Origin: Pocillopora damicornis
Lineage: Eukaryota
DNA: 64,000 bases
Assembly (NCBI RefSeq): GCF_003704095.1
Contig: NW_020844672.1
Coordinates: forward strand, 186,001-250,000
Reading direction: 5' to 3'
Shown one piece after another: positions 24,937-41,745 of this stretch. The stretch's first letter is position 1. The number at the start of each line of letters is the position of its first letter. Both the position numbers and the translations under genes were made by a program. The notes under the pieces are model-generated. The model ran no database searches, was not told where the DNA came from, and worked only from the letters and a program-made list of their open reading frames with translations.

Positions 24937-25922
24937 GTTTACTATTCTAAAAAAATTCTAGTTTAAGCTCTCTTTGTGTTCTCTGACTACCAACTCACGC
25001 ACATTTATCTTCGGACGCGGATCAACCTTTTCAAACAAATAAACACACCCTTGACTGGGTTACCAGTTGCGCGGTAGCGTGACATGGCAACTACAGAAGG
25101 CAAATTAAGTATGACACCTGCCCATTGTGTTACATTTGAAAAGAAAGCGTTGTACTAATGAGTAGAGTTCTTCTTGCCTAATAGTAATTAAAGTATACTT
25201 ATGAGAATCATTATCTCTCCAGCAGGTAAAACTTCTGCAACCGTGACCAAATTCATTATGATACGGTTCGTTCGCGTTATTTCGGTTACTTTACGCTTCA
25301 GTTAAAAAAAAAATGACGAATGTTTACGACTCATTTTATAGAGTGAAAGAATTTGAGAAATTTGAAGTTTCCCATAGCATCAGGAGGTCGAACGATTATC
25401 TGTAATAGTCGTCAAAGTAAGATAGATGAATAAAAAGACACCTATGATGACAAATGCAAAGCTAGAATCTTTGTCAAGATAGACCGAGCCATGGTGTAAT
25501 TCTGTAGACTGCAGATAAAAGCAATTAAAAGCTGTCGCTTATCAAGGCAGGTTTGCTGGCTTGCAGCATGCATAGGGAGTTGATAGGAGCTCCCTTAAGT
25601 AAGCGTCACTGTTCCTGAGCGACCCGACAGATAAACCTGAAAATATTAGAAGGGATGGGAAAACTTTTTTATTTTGTTCAATTTTTTTGTTTGTTGGTTT
25701 GTTTCTCCTTTAAGATGGTCATTCATTTGAGGGATAAAAATTTCTGCAAATACGCCTCTCAGTCACGAGTTGAGAACGCGTGACAAAAATCAAATTATGC
25801 ACGCGTATGTCATTAATATGTAAATCGATCTGTCTACATTTATTATTCAATTGAAAGGGCACAAATTAAGGTCTAGTGTGTGTTGGTACGAATCTGTGGA
25901 ATAGTCCGACTTTTCTTGAATC

Positions 25923-26396
25923 ATGGACGCTGAAAATGCACTGAAGCTGATAAAATTCACCTCAACAGTAGCCACGGGTGTTATAGCTGGCGGTGCAATC
26001 TACATCAACCTTGCAGAGCATCCTGCAAGAATGCAACTTGATGATGTTCAATCGCTTCATCGCCAATGGCGAGAGAGCTTCGATCGAGCGAAGTACTTGA
26101 TGGCCGGGACATCGCTGCTGCCGATTGCTGGAGGAATAGCAGCATTTGCTATCGATCAGAGCAAAGGGAAACCTTGGCTGATTACTGCCGGGCTGATGGC
26201 ATTCAATATGCCGTACACAGCTCTCGCCATGAAGTCGCGCGTCATCGATCCCATTTATGATTATGAAGTTGCTGCAAAGATGGATCCCGGAAAAGTGAGA
26301 GACACTGTGGATAAATGGAACACTTTTCACAAAGTCCGCACCATAATAGATGTGTCTACACTGGCCTGGTGTGTGTACAATCTTGTTTACAACTGA
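25923..26396 (+). CDS. DUF1772 / anthrone-oxygenase-like small membrane protein, intronless (157 aa)
   Basis: GGAIYINLAEHPAR...QWRESFDRA...PYT...KWNTFHKVRT motifs and four hydrophobic segments. Confidence 0.85.
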   Translation: MDAENALKLIKFTSTVATGVIAGGAIYINLAEHPARMQLDDVQSLHRQWRESFDRAKYLMAGTSLLPIAGGIAAFAIDQSKGKPWLITAGLMAFNMPYTALAMKSRVIDPIYDYEVAAKMDPGKVRDTVDKWNTFHKVRTIIDVSTLAWCVYNLVYN

Positions 26397-27347
26397 GTGG
26401 CGGCCATGTTTAAAACTGAGTTGAATGGATTTTAAAATCAGGGACATTTTGTCGAATGGCGATAACCCTTAAATTAAGGTGTATTGGGAGAGAATTTTCT
26501 TTAATATTCGTTTGGGATATTTCTTTTCAAAGCGTTTGTCTGATTTATGTTGAAAAATAGAAGTGTTCCAAGACGAGTGGGATCGCTAATGCGTGGATTG
26601 TTATAAACCTGTATGTTAATTTGTGCAATACGGTATAGTGCAGATAATGGATCACAATAAAAGACGTCAAATTAGATACAATTGAGTTTTCATCTATATT
26701 TTTAAGTCAAGCAACAATTTATACTTTCTCGTGCCTCATGCACCATGAGTTTAAGTTTTAAACAACTTCAATAAATGTTCAGAAGCCGGAGAAAGAAATG
26801 TAAATTTTTTTGTCTCGACTTTCAGTGCTGTTGTTAGCTGTCAACTAAGCAGGTGTTTTTTTATATTAAATAGATGATCGGAGTGTCGCTAACTATGACT
26901 CGCTCGGTTAGTTTTTACAATCGTACGCCCAAATTTTCTTTTTCTATGAAATTATTCATCTGGACACTGAATTAAAAATTACACATGTGATTATGATCCA
27001 CATTATAGTGGCGCAACGATGCATAAAATATCAAAATAATGTAAAAACATAGGTGACGTGAAATATTCAAGTTTGAAAGATAAAGATCCCTTGTATTTTC
27101 TAATGATATACTCTGAATTAAGGAGCTCCCCATTTTCAAATTGAGTTCCGTCAACCAAAAAAATTAACAAACAAACAGGTCAAACAAAGGCTCGTTGCGT
27201 GACTTTTCAAAATTCTGCGCCCACGCTATGTCCGTGGAGCAGCTGTTGTGTTGACAAAGTGCGTTGTCCTTGACGCGCAGGCTAAAGCTTTAGGTGTTGC
27301 ACTCTCGAGCTGTGTTAGGGTTAAGTCAGACAGCTTTATAGAAGAAA

Positions 27348-27842
27348 ATGGGGTTTGATTTGGACGACTTGTTTCCTTATCTCGAGGTCATTTCCACCGT
27401 TGCAGCGGGTATGTTTGTCGGAGGTGCGGTGTACATCAATGTTGTTGAACATCCCGCCCGAATGACGATTCAAGATACTACATCTTGTCACAACGAGTGG
27501 ATGGAAAGTTTCGATCGAGCGAAGGTTTTCCAGAGTCGCTTGGCGTTAGTCTCTATAATTTCTGGAGCTGGTGCATACTACTGTAACCCAAAAAAGGGTC
27601 TTCCTTTCCTTGTCGGAGGAGGTCTGATTGCAACGATCTTCCCGTATACGCTGTTCGTTCTGAAACCAAACTCGATTGACCCCATTTACGACAAAGAAGT
27701 GACAGCCAGAAAGAGTGAGAGTGTCGTAAGGGAAACCATAGACAAGTGGAACAGCTATCACATGGTCAGAAGCATTATTACCTTTCCAGTTTTTGTGGGA
27801 TACGTCTTGTACCTTTCCAGTGGCCATAAAAAGTTCTGGTGA
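27348..27842 (+). CDS. DUF1772 / anthrone-oxygenase-like small membrane protein, intronless (164 aa)
   Basis: GGAVYINVVEHPAR...EWMESFDRAK...FPYT...KWNSYHMVRS; clear paralog of 25923-26396. Confidence 0.85.
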   Translation: MGFDLDDLFPYLEVISTVAAGMFVGGAVYINVVEHPARMTIQDTTSCHNEWMESFDRAKVFQSRLALVSIISGAGAYYCNPKKGLPFLVGGGLIATIFPYTLFVLKPNSIDPIYDKEVTARKSESVVRETIDKWNSYHMVRSIITFPVFVGYVLYLSSGHKKFW

Positions 27843-29959
27843 AGATGGGGACAAATTGTGACAGTCACATGACATCATATATATATTATGTTATGAAGTA
27901 GTTAGTTTTATTACAATCGAAGTATGAATCTCTTTCACCTATGTAACCTGCGGGCGTATCGTTTATTGAAACAAAAGGGGGATTTTACTTATTTTCTTAA
28001 ATTCACAACATGGAATTTATCTACCTTCATCAGCTTTCAAGAGAGAGTGCTCAGTATTTTCTAGGTGAAAATTAGAGCTGCCANNNNNNNNNNNNNNNNN
28101 NNNNNNNNNNNNNNNNNNNNNNNTGAGTAACATTCAGTAGGTGGTGGGTGGTGGTGCAAAAGAAATTACTTCTCTCATTTCCCTGCCTCCTTCCCCCACT
28201 GTCCTCTCCAACTATCAGTCAAACTTGGCTGGCTTGCAATCTGTAATCAACCTAGTGTTTGATATCATACGAGCAAGGCCAGACAAATAGCTCTCCAGTG
28301 GATTGGAGTTAACAAAAGGCACTGTGCTAACCTCTGGATAGGGCTTTATACAGTGGATAACTGTTGAATAACTAGGGCCAGAGGTATAGATATTTTCCTG
28401 TTGTGTTGTTGGAGACTAGAGGCATATGAAATAGTTAACAAGTTGATTTGCAAATATGGGAAAACTATGAATTTCTGTGAATTTTCCTTTGTGATGACTG
28501 AAAGAAACACAGTCAGTGTATATTTAAGGTCAGCTGCAAAATGTAAGCAAGGTTAAGAATTAGGGTGGTAGGGATTAGTAGTTTGTTATTGTATTTACTT
28601 TCTGGCTGTCTCTTTGAATGCCATGTTTACTTTGTCTTGATACTCATCTAATCAACAAACTTGTAACATCAATTGTTGGTTGTACTTAACTGTGGAAATG
28701 TTTTATCTGTACACTGGTGCTCAAGTTGGGCACATGTCAATTTTGGTATGCACTGTTGGCAACTTGCAGGAGGGCCATTCAGTTTTTGATCTTTTTTTTA
28801 AGCCTGCTAAAAAGGAAACCATCTGAGAGGAAGGAAAGTTGGAGCAGCTGCCCCCAAGGGAAGGGGGCCACATTTGCATCTCACCAGCCTATAGCCCATG
28901 CAGCAAGTTGATTATCATTTTGAAGTTATGACTTTTTTCACAATAAAGGAGGTCATGTGCAAGTTGAAACCCACTCCCCCTTTCCCTCCCAGTTGTTTTC
29001 CTGCAATTCTTAAAACTCTTCTGACAAAAACTGATGCATCCAATAGATTCTTGAAGTGAAGGCTGAAAATTTTGTAATGAATTTAAAAAGGAATTGAGTG
29101 GTTATAAGCTTTTTTTTTTGTTGTTGCAATATTCAATTTTATTCTACTTTGTTGTGTTCAAGAACACTCATGAAAACCATTGTTTCATTTTTCTAACTAA
29201 CTTTCCCAAGGCTTTTGCTCAGAATTGAATCTATCGCTAATATTTTTGCCTCCTTCCACGCTTTTTGTTAAACCTATGCAGCGGATATAGCAAGGGTAGT
29301 TAAAAAGAAGAACTTTCGACCCGTCTAATCCTTAACGATATCTTGGACTGTTAACACATGTCTGCATATACTACAACAGCAAAAAGCTACGAAATGACAA
29401 AACGCAGACTCGTCACGAGCCCACAAAATACAACGTTCTTTGAAACGTGAGGCAGTCTTCAAAGCGCACACATTAATTTCAAAACTACACGTATCCTACC
29501 CACTGCGTTAACTCGGTAACTTACCAGAAACAGAGCTCGTGATCATTCTTTAGCTTGTTAAGGATGGAATCCAGCCAATGGGCCGAATTGATTTTCATCT
29601 CGGTGCGACTAGCAGAATAGCGATATCCCTTACAACTGCGCAAGGTTACCCGTTGGCATGAGAGAAATTAGAGCAGTGAAGGAAGGCCCCGTTACCACCA
29701 AGACCATGATTTTCTCGGTCTTTAGTAGAAAGTGAGCGAATCTATGGTAGGACAGTGAGTCCGCAGCAGTTTCTGAGATGCTGGATCTCAACGGGTCTAA
29801 CAGTGAGCTATATAAGGGATTTTAGCTACTCTGACAGCTATTTGCTTTATTATAAATCATCGTTTGAAGTGCATGCAAGGAATTTTCAATCCGACTCGCA
29901 TTACTTGTCTGTTGCCTTAAGAGTGCAAGACAAAAAATGTAAGGTATTACAATATCATC

Positions 29960-30300
29960 GGATGGAAAAGAAAAGAGAAGAAGAGGATATGAAAGAAGAG
30001 AGGAGATAGGAAGAGAAGAGAATGTACTGATGAGTGGAGTGGAGTAGACGCGAGAAGAGAAGAGAACAATTTTTTACTCTTTGTGCCAGAATTTTTCCGG
30101 CTCAAATAACTCGCTTGTTGCCTTAATTGGCTTAAAGACAGTCCGGCATTTAAGACACATATATGGGTAAGATAAGATCGGACGGTAGAAAAGGAGAGGG
30201 AAAGAGAATAAAAGAGAAAAGAGAGGGAAAAGGAAAAGAAGAGAACAAAAGAGGGAAAAAGAAAAGGGGAGAGGAAAGAAATGAGAATCATAGAACAGAA
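29960..30300. repeat. Purine-rich (GA) low-complexity region
   Basis: Long A/G runs; source of several spurious ORFs. Confidence 0.6.
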
Positions 30301-31189
30301 CAAAACAGAAGCGGCAGATACAGCGATTTGGGATTGATTTCCTCGGCAAATTTCCAATGTCTATAACGTCGACCAGCAAAGCACAAAGAGACCGACTTTG
30401 AATGTAGATGAATACCATTTTGATTCGACTTAGTGCGAAAATCGGTTTTGTTGTCTTTAGCAATTGCCGCAAGGATTTCTAATTTTTGTCAAGCAAAGCA
30501 TTTTGAACACAAGGAAAAAATTTCAGCTTTCAAGCTTTAGACTAAATCGCGACGTATGAAAAGGTCAAGTTTTCTAAGACATTAAAACATCACATGGCTG
30601 GCAACAACAAAAACTCAAAAAACGGAGAGAGATCAGAATTTATCCTCCCTGATCAGGGGAGGGAGGAGGACAGGCTGGTAAGTAGAGACGGGCACTAAAC
30701 TCACATCTCACTGGCACGGGGGGCATGGTAACTATCACTTTTTCTTGACAGGAAGGGTGTTCATCCATTACTCTGTACTCTCCTCTTTTCCTTCTACTCA
30801 GCTACACCCTTGCCAGTTCTTGAAATTCAGCCAAAAAAAAAACAACAACAACAGCAAAACAGAACAAAACAATTCGGCCAATTAAGTTAAAGTTAACAGT
30901 TCATAACAACTGGAAGATGGTGGTATCGAGCCACTTTATTTTCTGGCCTTATTACAGTCTTTTCATACTAATCACACAAAGTTCATCTACTTTTTCGTAA
31001 AGCTTAAAAGAGTCCTGCACCTAGAGATGTATGGCTCTTTTCAACAACAACAAGCAAATGGTAAATACATTGAAATAACGGACTACTTGAACTTCAAACA
31101 TCTGAGGACGTGCAAAAGAAAGGCATGTGAAAGGTTTCTGTTCTGATGTGCACTTGTAGCTGGAAAGAGTATAAGGAGTATATGGTTTT

Positions 31190-31255
31190 CATCATTATTA
31201 TTATTATCATCACCATCATCATCATCAGTATTATTGTTATTATCATTATTGTTGT
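31190..31255. repeat. (ATT/ATC)n trinucleotide microsatellite
   Basis: atcattattattattatcatcaccatcatcatc... Confidence 0.8.
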
Positions 31256-31573
31256 TTCATCTTTGACGATCCGCTCTTTCTCTAACTTTCGAGTTGGCTT
31301 TATGTTCCTTACAAGAGCTCTTTTCCTAAACACTCCCTCTTTCTCTGGCTGGGTTAAAACGAGGTATATAATCTCCTCTATGTGAAATTCAAATATATAA
31401 CTATTGCCTCAGTGGCAAAAAAAATAGCGAAGAATGATTACACGCCCACAAATGCATTTTTCTTTAAAACATAAGACACCATCAATAATCGTTATAATCA
31501 AGTGGACACATTGCTGCAATTTTGTCATTAGTACGAAAACGTACCAGAAACAAAGAGCTTTTGTATCCAGGGT

Positions 31574-33147
31574 CTACAATGGGATCCAATCATGGGGCCG
31601 AATTTTCATCTCAGCCCTTTTCGCGGAGTAATGGTACCCCTTCCAGGTGTGCCAGTTTACCCCGTCAGCGTAGGAGGCATGGGCGCCATGATGGTAAGCG
31701 CCGTTCAAATTGGAAGAGTGACAATTCCCGTACCACCAAGCGCCATGGAACGAAACGGCACAGTTACTGCTGTAAAGATCATTGTCGTTGTCCTTTGTGG
31801 TGAACGACAAACTTTTGTGACCGGACAGCGAATCACCAGCAGTTCCTACAAATGAAAAAAGATTCTGGACCTGAGTTACGTTCGATCGATAGTTTACAAG
31901 CTCGTTAGGATTATTAAGATCAAGTTCTTATAGCAAGAGAGAGGATGGAACTTATCTTACTACCCCACCCCTCAAGAAGGTTTTTGTAGCGTATGCTGTC
32001 GAGCCCTTAAAACCATGACCCTGTTTAAAACAAAAAAAAAACGTAAGAGGTGCGCATCGACCACGTTGTGCCACGACGAAGTTACACAGAAAAACTGTTT
32101 ACAATTTTGAGAAATCGCTAGTACCACACTTGTTAATAGCGCATCTCCGAATCGCTCACCCTCTTCAAAGGTTTTGGTTCAAAAAACACTCTGCCCGAGG
32201 CGCTAAACAATGGTATACCTTTTCCTATACTTAAGCAACTACACCCTTTACGGTAAAATACTGAATAATGAATAAAAATATGTATTTGCAGTAAATGACA
32301 ATAGGTTTTTACCATGGTATGTTCCAAGGCTCAGTTGATAATTGGAATTTCCACTTGACACGGCAAAGTATTCATACGCAGCATAAACTTGGTTGCCTGA
32401 GGTATCCTCCAAATCCACGCGCAGTTCGTATCGCTTCTTGTTGTTAATAGTCAGACCGTGTAACTTGTCAAGTCCCAGCCAAAACTCGCCCTGCAGGTTC
32501 CCAAACCCCACCTGATAGTCATTCCACCCGCGGTAGAAATCAACGGAGCCGTCCAGTCTCTTCTGAAACACTGTCCAGCCTCCGCCATCAGTGGTCTGGT
32601 CACAGAAAACATCGAAGGGCTTTTGATTGTGTGGGTGGATCGTGTACACATCGCTGGTTTCATGACCGCACTTGTAGATATCAGCACAGTCTGTTACTTT
32701 AAAAAAAGATTAAAGAATCTTATTAAAGCTAGCTATCTAATACCAATTACTGGTCCAAATTGTGATTTGGTTGGTTTGGAAGATGATTCAGCATCTGTGG
32801 GCTGTAGTCAGAAAATCAGTGAAACAAACTTGCTAAGATGGTTTACGGGGAAAACTCTCTAGTCAGCTGTTTCTCCAAAATTGATCTACCGCGTAAATCA
32901 TGAGAGAACTAGGGTGCAGATTGCTGGCTAAATCCCTACCTCGTGAACAGTTGTCGCCCTCTTCAAGAAGCAAATCGATCTTTTTCTCGATATTTTCGTT
33001 TTGCTTCAAAATCTTTTTCAAAAGTTTACAAACAGGACAGGGGTACTTATCCTGTATCTCTGAAGGGGCCGCGTTCCCAACGGGTACTTCGCAGAGGACC
33101 GACAGAACAAAAACAACAAAAATTGCCCCGTAAATGTGCACAAACAT
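31574..33147 (-). CDS. Secreted fibrinogen-related-domain (FReD; ficolin/tachylectin/MFAP4-like) protein, ~287 aa, 3 exons
   Basis: Exons 33147-32940, 32696-32313 and 31845-31574 join in frame. Signal peptide, short CxxC plus coiled coil, [47 protein letters not shown]. Confidence 0.92.
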
Positions 33148-34199
33148 TTTGGGAGTTAGCGTTTACCCGCGGGTCTCTGTGAATGGATTGAATAAAGTGT
33201 TCAATGCTAGCTGAAATTTAAAGAACAGTTGACGCGCGGACGTGCATCAGTGGAATACGATTTGCTGTGATGGGCGTCATAGATACAAACCTGTCTTTAG
33301 TGGGTGCAAAGTGTATTTGTTCAGATGGAGGCCTGCGCTTAATCGTTAAATCCATTGGTAAAAGGAGAAGGGGGGAGGGAGAAGGAGCCTAGGCCAACAG
33401 ATGGAGAAAAGTTTTTTTTTTTCTTTTTTAATGGAATATTGTTAGAACACTAATAAATGATAGAAAAGCTTTTAGCCCATGGGAAGTCGCACAGATGACC
33501 TTATCATTCTCACTATATCTCTTTAAAATGCACTAATATTTTTAGATTTAGGGTTCCTTTCCATGAATCTGTTCTCTTTCAATACCATCTGGTATAATCT
33601 TAAGCCAGAAGTTTATCATAGGCTTCTAATAGCAATTCTACATTAAGATGAAAATTTGCAGTTGACGCTTTAGAACTGATGTGCATTAAAGCGACAGCAG
33701 TGTAAACGCTGGGTGTTTTCTTTCATAGATAATAAAATACAAAAACGTAGGAGACCGAGTTCGCAGTAAGTAACGGCTCTTTCGGTTTCATGATTTTTTT
33801 GACTGTGGCTTTCCCAAGTTCCTTTCGATGGAAAATCTCTGTTTAAGCAACAACTGAAGTTGAGCTCAGGTCACGATCTTAACTTTACCTTGAAAGCCTG
33901 AAGTTCTGTTTATGATGAGGAGTAAATATTGATCGCAACTAAAATGATTAACGATAAAGCTAATTGATCTGTGGGAAGATGAACAGCTTGTATCCCAATA
34001 AATCTGGGAATAATTTTACGCTTAAAGGATAACTCCGAGGTAAATACCAAGCAATTTTGTATTATTGGCCTGTTGTTTCTGTTTTGACTTGTAACAGTAG
34101 CCACACAGTTAAGTAGGATTCCCAGCCAGGAGTGAAAAGGAAACCCCCGAGAAATCTGTTGTTGTCTGCTGCCATTTTGTTTACAGGTAATATCTTTAC

Positions 34200-34940
34200 T
34201 GCAATCAGCCAGATCACCATGTGTCCATCACCAGCCAGGGGGAGATAATGGCCAAAGATCACCCAAACATCAAAGTGATGTGTGGCACCTCTCCAAGTGG
34301 GTGGTAAAGAAGCTGACTAACAAAGCAAATCAAAGGGGATGTGAAGAGCTCTCACCATGGATACAAACGATCGCAAACCACCTATGGCGGTCTGCTGCAA
34401 CCTGCAATGGTAATGTTTATGATCTTCGAGAAAAATGAAAGTCGGTGTTGAACCACATCATTGATAAGCACGTGCGGTAAGGAAATATTCATTTCCAATG
34501 ATGCTGTCTTTGCAAAATTTCTTCCTCCGAAGCAAAGTCTGTTGGCTTTGCCAAACAGCCAAGCATTCTTAGCTTTAGAGGTAGTGGCCCTTAACACTTG
34601 ACTGATGAAGGATACTGCCAAGATTACTGACTTATGCCACACTGGCAGACTCGAGGGTTATCACTCTATGATGCTCAAGTATTGCGCAAAACCTGGGCAT
34701 TTCTCACACCTGGGCATAGTCGCTAGGGCCCGGCTTGCTGCTCTTTACAACAATCACAACACTGGTTGTGGTCAAGCTGTAATCAAGTCAGGGGAACAGG
34801 AAGGCCAGGCACAGTACAAACTTTGCTTTCCCGAAGCAAACAAGCGATGGGTTGCAAAACCAGTAACCGAAAAGAAATCGTGTGAATATTTAAAGTTTTA
34901 CTCTCTCAGGTTGTTCAGCGCTGTGAAGAGGGAAACATAA
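34200..34940 (+). mobile_element. Degenerate DNA-transposase remnant (THAP-associated/Kolobok-like)
   Basis: Broken frames give DVWHLSKWVVKKL..K...C.EL.PWIQTIANHLW and HTGRLEGYHSMMLKYCAK..HFS..G..AR..LAAL..NHN; superfamily assignment is tentative. Confidence 0.6.
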
Positions 34941-36432
34941 TTGCCCAGGTAAGAATCTGAATTAATATTATTTTCAGGCTTCATGGTAGTTGCTTGGGCA
35001 CAGCTATGTAAAAAAAAAAAAATTTTTCTTTGGTGCCTAGGCTAAATAGTCTAATCTCTGCCAACTTAAGGTTTAAAATATTCTTCTCAACATCCTCTGA
35101 TTTGGGAACTGATTTGAAATCCAAATTGTTGATATAACTCTTATAGGTCTAGGAATAGATTTCCCCTTTTTTCCTTGAGTTGAAATAAAGATAAGATTTC
35201 TTGAAATTTTCAAAGACGTAATTAAAATGACAATAATAATAATAAAAGTAATAGAACATAATCTTCAGCAATCCAGAAGTAATTCTTCTGCAACACAAGG
35301 GCACTCCTTGTGCGGTTTAGTGGGCTGCTCCTACCAAAATGATTCAAATGATTCAAACTACACCAACGAAGTTATATTGACATATGCAGTGCGTTGTTCT
35401 TTGAAAAGAAAAGAACTAGCTTTCCATTGAGCTAAAGAGAGATGTATGAGAAAATCAGGAGAAAAGTGATGAAATTGAGAAGGGACCAAAAATAGTCTTT
35501 ATTTCTCTTTGACTTATGAAACTCCAACTAATAATTTTCTAACCCCTCTTTGCAGGGTTGAAATAAAATTGAACAGTTCCCTACTGGAGAGAAATCCTGA
35601 GATGAAATTTGTGGTTTAATAATATTTTTCCATAGCTTTCAAATGTGCACAATTTACTGTGGACCTTAAAAATTTGATATGAAAAAGTTTATCATCTGTA
35701 TTTGAAAAATACTCTTTTCATGGACAGCTTTTATTGTGTCAAAGACTGGATGATTTTGGAACAATTATTCACCAAAGTTGAGAAAAGGGTATACCACTTA
35801 AACCAACACTGAGATGAATAGGTTTTTTTGGAAATACCACACAAGTTGAATAGTTAGTAAACTGACGTAAGGTGGAGAAATCAAAATGGCAAAAATGTAT
35901 GGTAAGCATTTTCTTACGGAAATAATCCCATCTTTCTTTTCAACAGATAACTGCAACTTCTTGATACTCATACATATCTTTCCGGATGCTATTTCTTCAA
36001 TTGCTGTTTTCACTTGTTTGAAAATGCAGCAAAACATTACATGTTTCATCTTTTACTTACATGGTAACCAACAATTCAAAAAAGATTTTATTTTTGTTTC
36101 GGAATACAAAGTTGGAAAGATGTCATTACCATCAACTTAGTGTCATAAAACCAATCTTTGCTGCCAAGTTATGTAATTTTTGTAGAACCTGCTTTTCTTA
36201 CTAAAATTAGTTCCATTCATGCACCTATAACGTGCAGTGAAGCCATTTTGTTTCAACTGGGCTGCTCAGAGGTGAATTGTAACTGGCTAATCACTTCCAA
36301 GCTAGATAATCAACATGCATGAAAAGTACTATTTACTTTTGTGGTATAAACTAATCTATAGCAATCACAAATTTTACTATATTAAAGGTGATGGATGTGT
36401 CTCCCTGAGGTTTTGTAGATTCAATGCCTCAA

Positions 36433-40095
<3,663 letters not shown>

Positions 40096-40622
40096 GCGTC
40101 GACTCTATAAATCTTTAGACTTTCCGAAAATACAAAATTCAATTGTTCAGCGGACAAATCCCAACATAGAATATTGGGTTGTGTAAAGAACACTTCGCGT
40201 TATCGTCCGTGGGGTCTGGGACCCACTAGTCAGACGTTGGAGCTTGAGAGGAAGTTTGGGGCGTATGGTTGGTTAAGGATCAGACGCGTAGAGAAGCTAA
40301 ATCAGGACTTTCTGTAAGGTACAAAGGCATTCTTACTTTCGGGGTAAGGTGTGATACACTGGAAGTGTAGCAAACTTCTTTAAATCTTCATACCATTTCA
40401 GACATAGGAGATTGATTGTCCCTGCTCTATTTCAGAATTAAACCGAAGTTACAAGAAGGAACGATGAAAAAGTTGGGTCATGACTGAACATCGAGCACAG
40501 ACCACCACTTTTCCGTACCTCGTTGATGCAGCTAAGATCCTTCCTAATTCGCTTTCTACTTCTGTGTGAGGAGATCACTATGGCAGTTGGGGATCAGCTG
40601 TGAAAAAGAGTGCGCGAATGAC

Positions 40623-40746
40623 GATCCTTCTCACTGCCCTGGCTTTCCAAGTATTAAATCAATAATGTTCTAACCTGGCCTACTAGTTAAGGAATCTTAG
40701 TGTCGGTGATGTCATGATGCCTGATATCTCCATGCAGCCAGTTGCC
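40623..40746 (-). pseudogene. Decayed copy of part of SELENBP1 exon 9 plus flanking intron
   Basis: Aligns by eye to 43083-43205 ([19 protein letters not shown]), with substitutions including an in-frame TAA. Confidence 0.85.
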
Positions 40747-41745
40747 CAAGTGAATTGAAAAATCACAGCGATTGGTGCAAAAAAATAGTCTGTCGCACCA
40801 GCACTACTAAATAGGAAAATAGGCTCGCGATCCATTGGCGATAAATCCTTCGATTGAGATCAAAATGCAGTCTCTTCACTAAATTGTTCATTCATCAACA
40901 TGAAAGAAAATTATGTGCTACATATTTTATGATTTAAACGTAAAAAGTAAAATCAAGCCAAGTTGAGATTTTTCTTTCTATTTACAGGAAGTGAGGCAAC
41001 TTTCTTGAAACCTTCATATCATTTCAGACTTGTAGGATTGATTGTCCCTGCTCAATTCCCGAATTGAACCGTAATATTACAAGAGGCAAACGATGAAAAA
41101 CTGGGGTCATTAACGGGGATCAAGCACAGACCCCGGTTACAGACAGAGTGAATAAAAATGTACTCTATTTCAGTCCCTTCCGGTTAGATAGTATGTAAAT
41201 AGTGACATGGTGTTCCAGGCAAAAAAAAGAGCCAAAAAAAATACCGACACGTACCTATTAGGATAAAATAATTACTGTTTATTTAATAAGCATAATCATA
41301 CAGGCATTTTAATGTGTTCTCACTTATGAACTACATCGATGAAGTCACAACAGCAACAAAATCTTGCTTCTTTATTACATATAACATGTAGTATAGAAAT
41401 TTTAAATGTGGTAAGAAGATCAATGACAAACTCGGCTGCACCTGGTTTGCCACTTTTTTGTTCTTACCACATTTTGAATTCATCTGTGATCTGTTTCTGA
41501 ACAGATTCACAGCAACATGAAAGCTGTTTGTCAAATTGTTGATCATTGTGTTACAGAGAAAGGACTATTCTAGCAAAAACAAATACATATGAATTTTATT
41601 TCAATACGAGTAATGAAGAAACTAGAAAAAAGCTAGCTAGAAAAAAGTTATATTTCGGGCATTTAAATTTTAGCGGGTACAATTTCCTTTTTCACTGATT
41701 CTGGACCTGGTGAAGTAACATTTATCTGATACATGTTATTGGCTA

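Noticed and set aside
27312-27325. Telomere-like ttagggtta (telomerase RNA template?)
   Set aside because: Only about 1.5 repeats, just upstream of a coding gene; no pseudoknot or H/ACA context seen.
25962-27878. Antisense ORFs over the DUF1772 genes
   Set aside because: Shadow frames of real + strand genes with no recognisable motifs.
29755-31385. Several ORFs rich in K/E/R, F/S/L or I/M
   Set aside because: Products of GA-rich low complexity and an ATT/ATC microsatellite.
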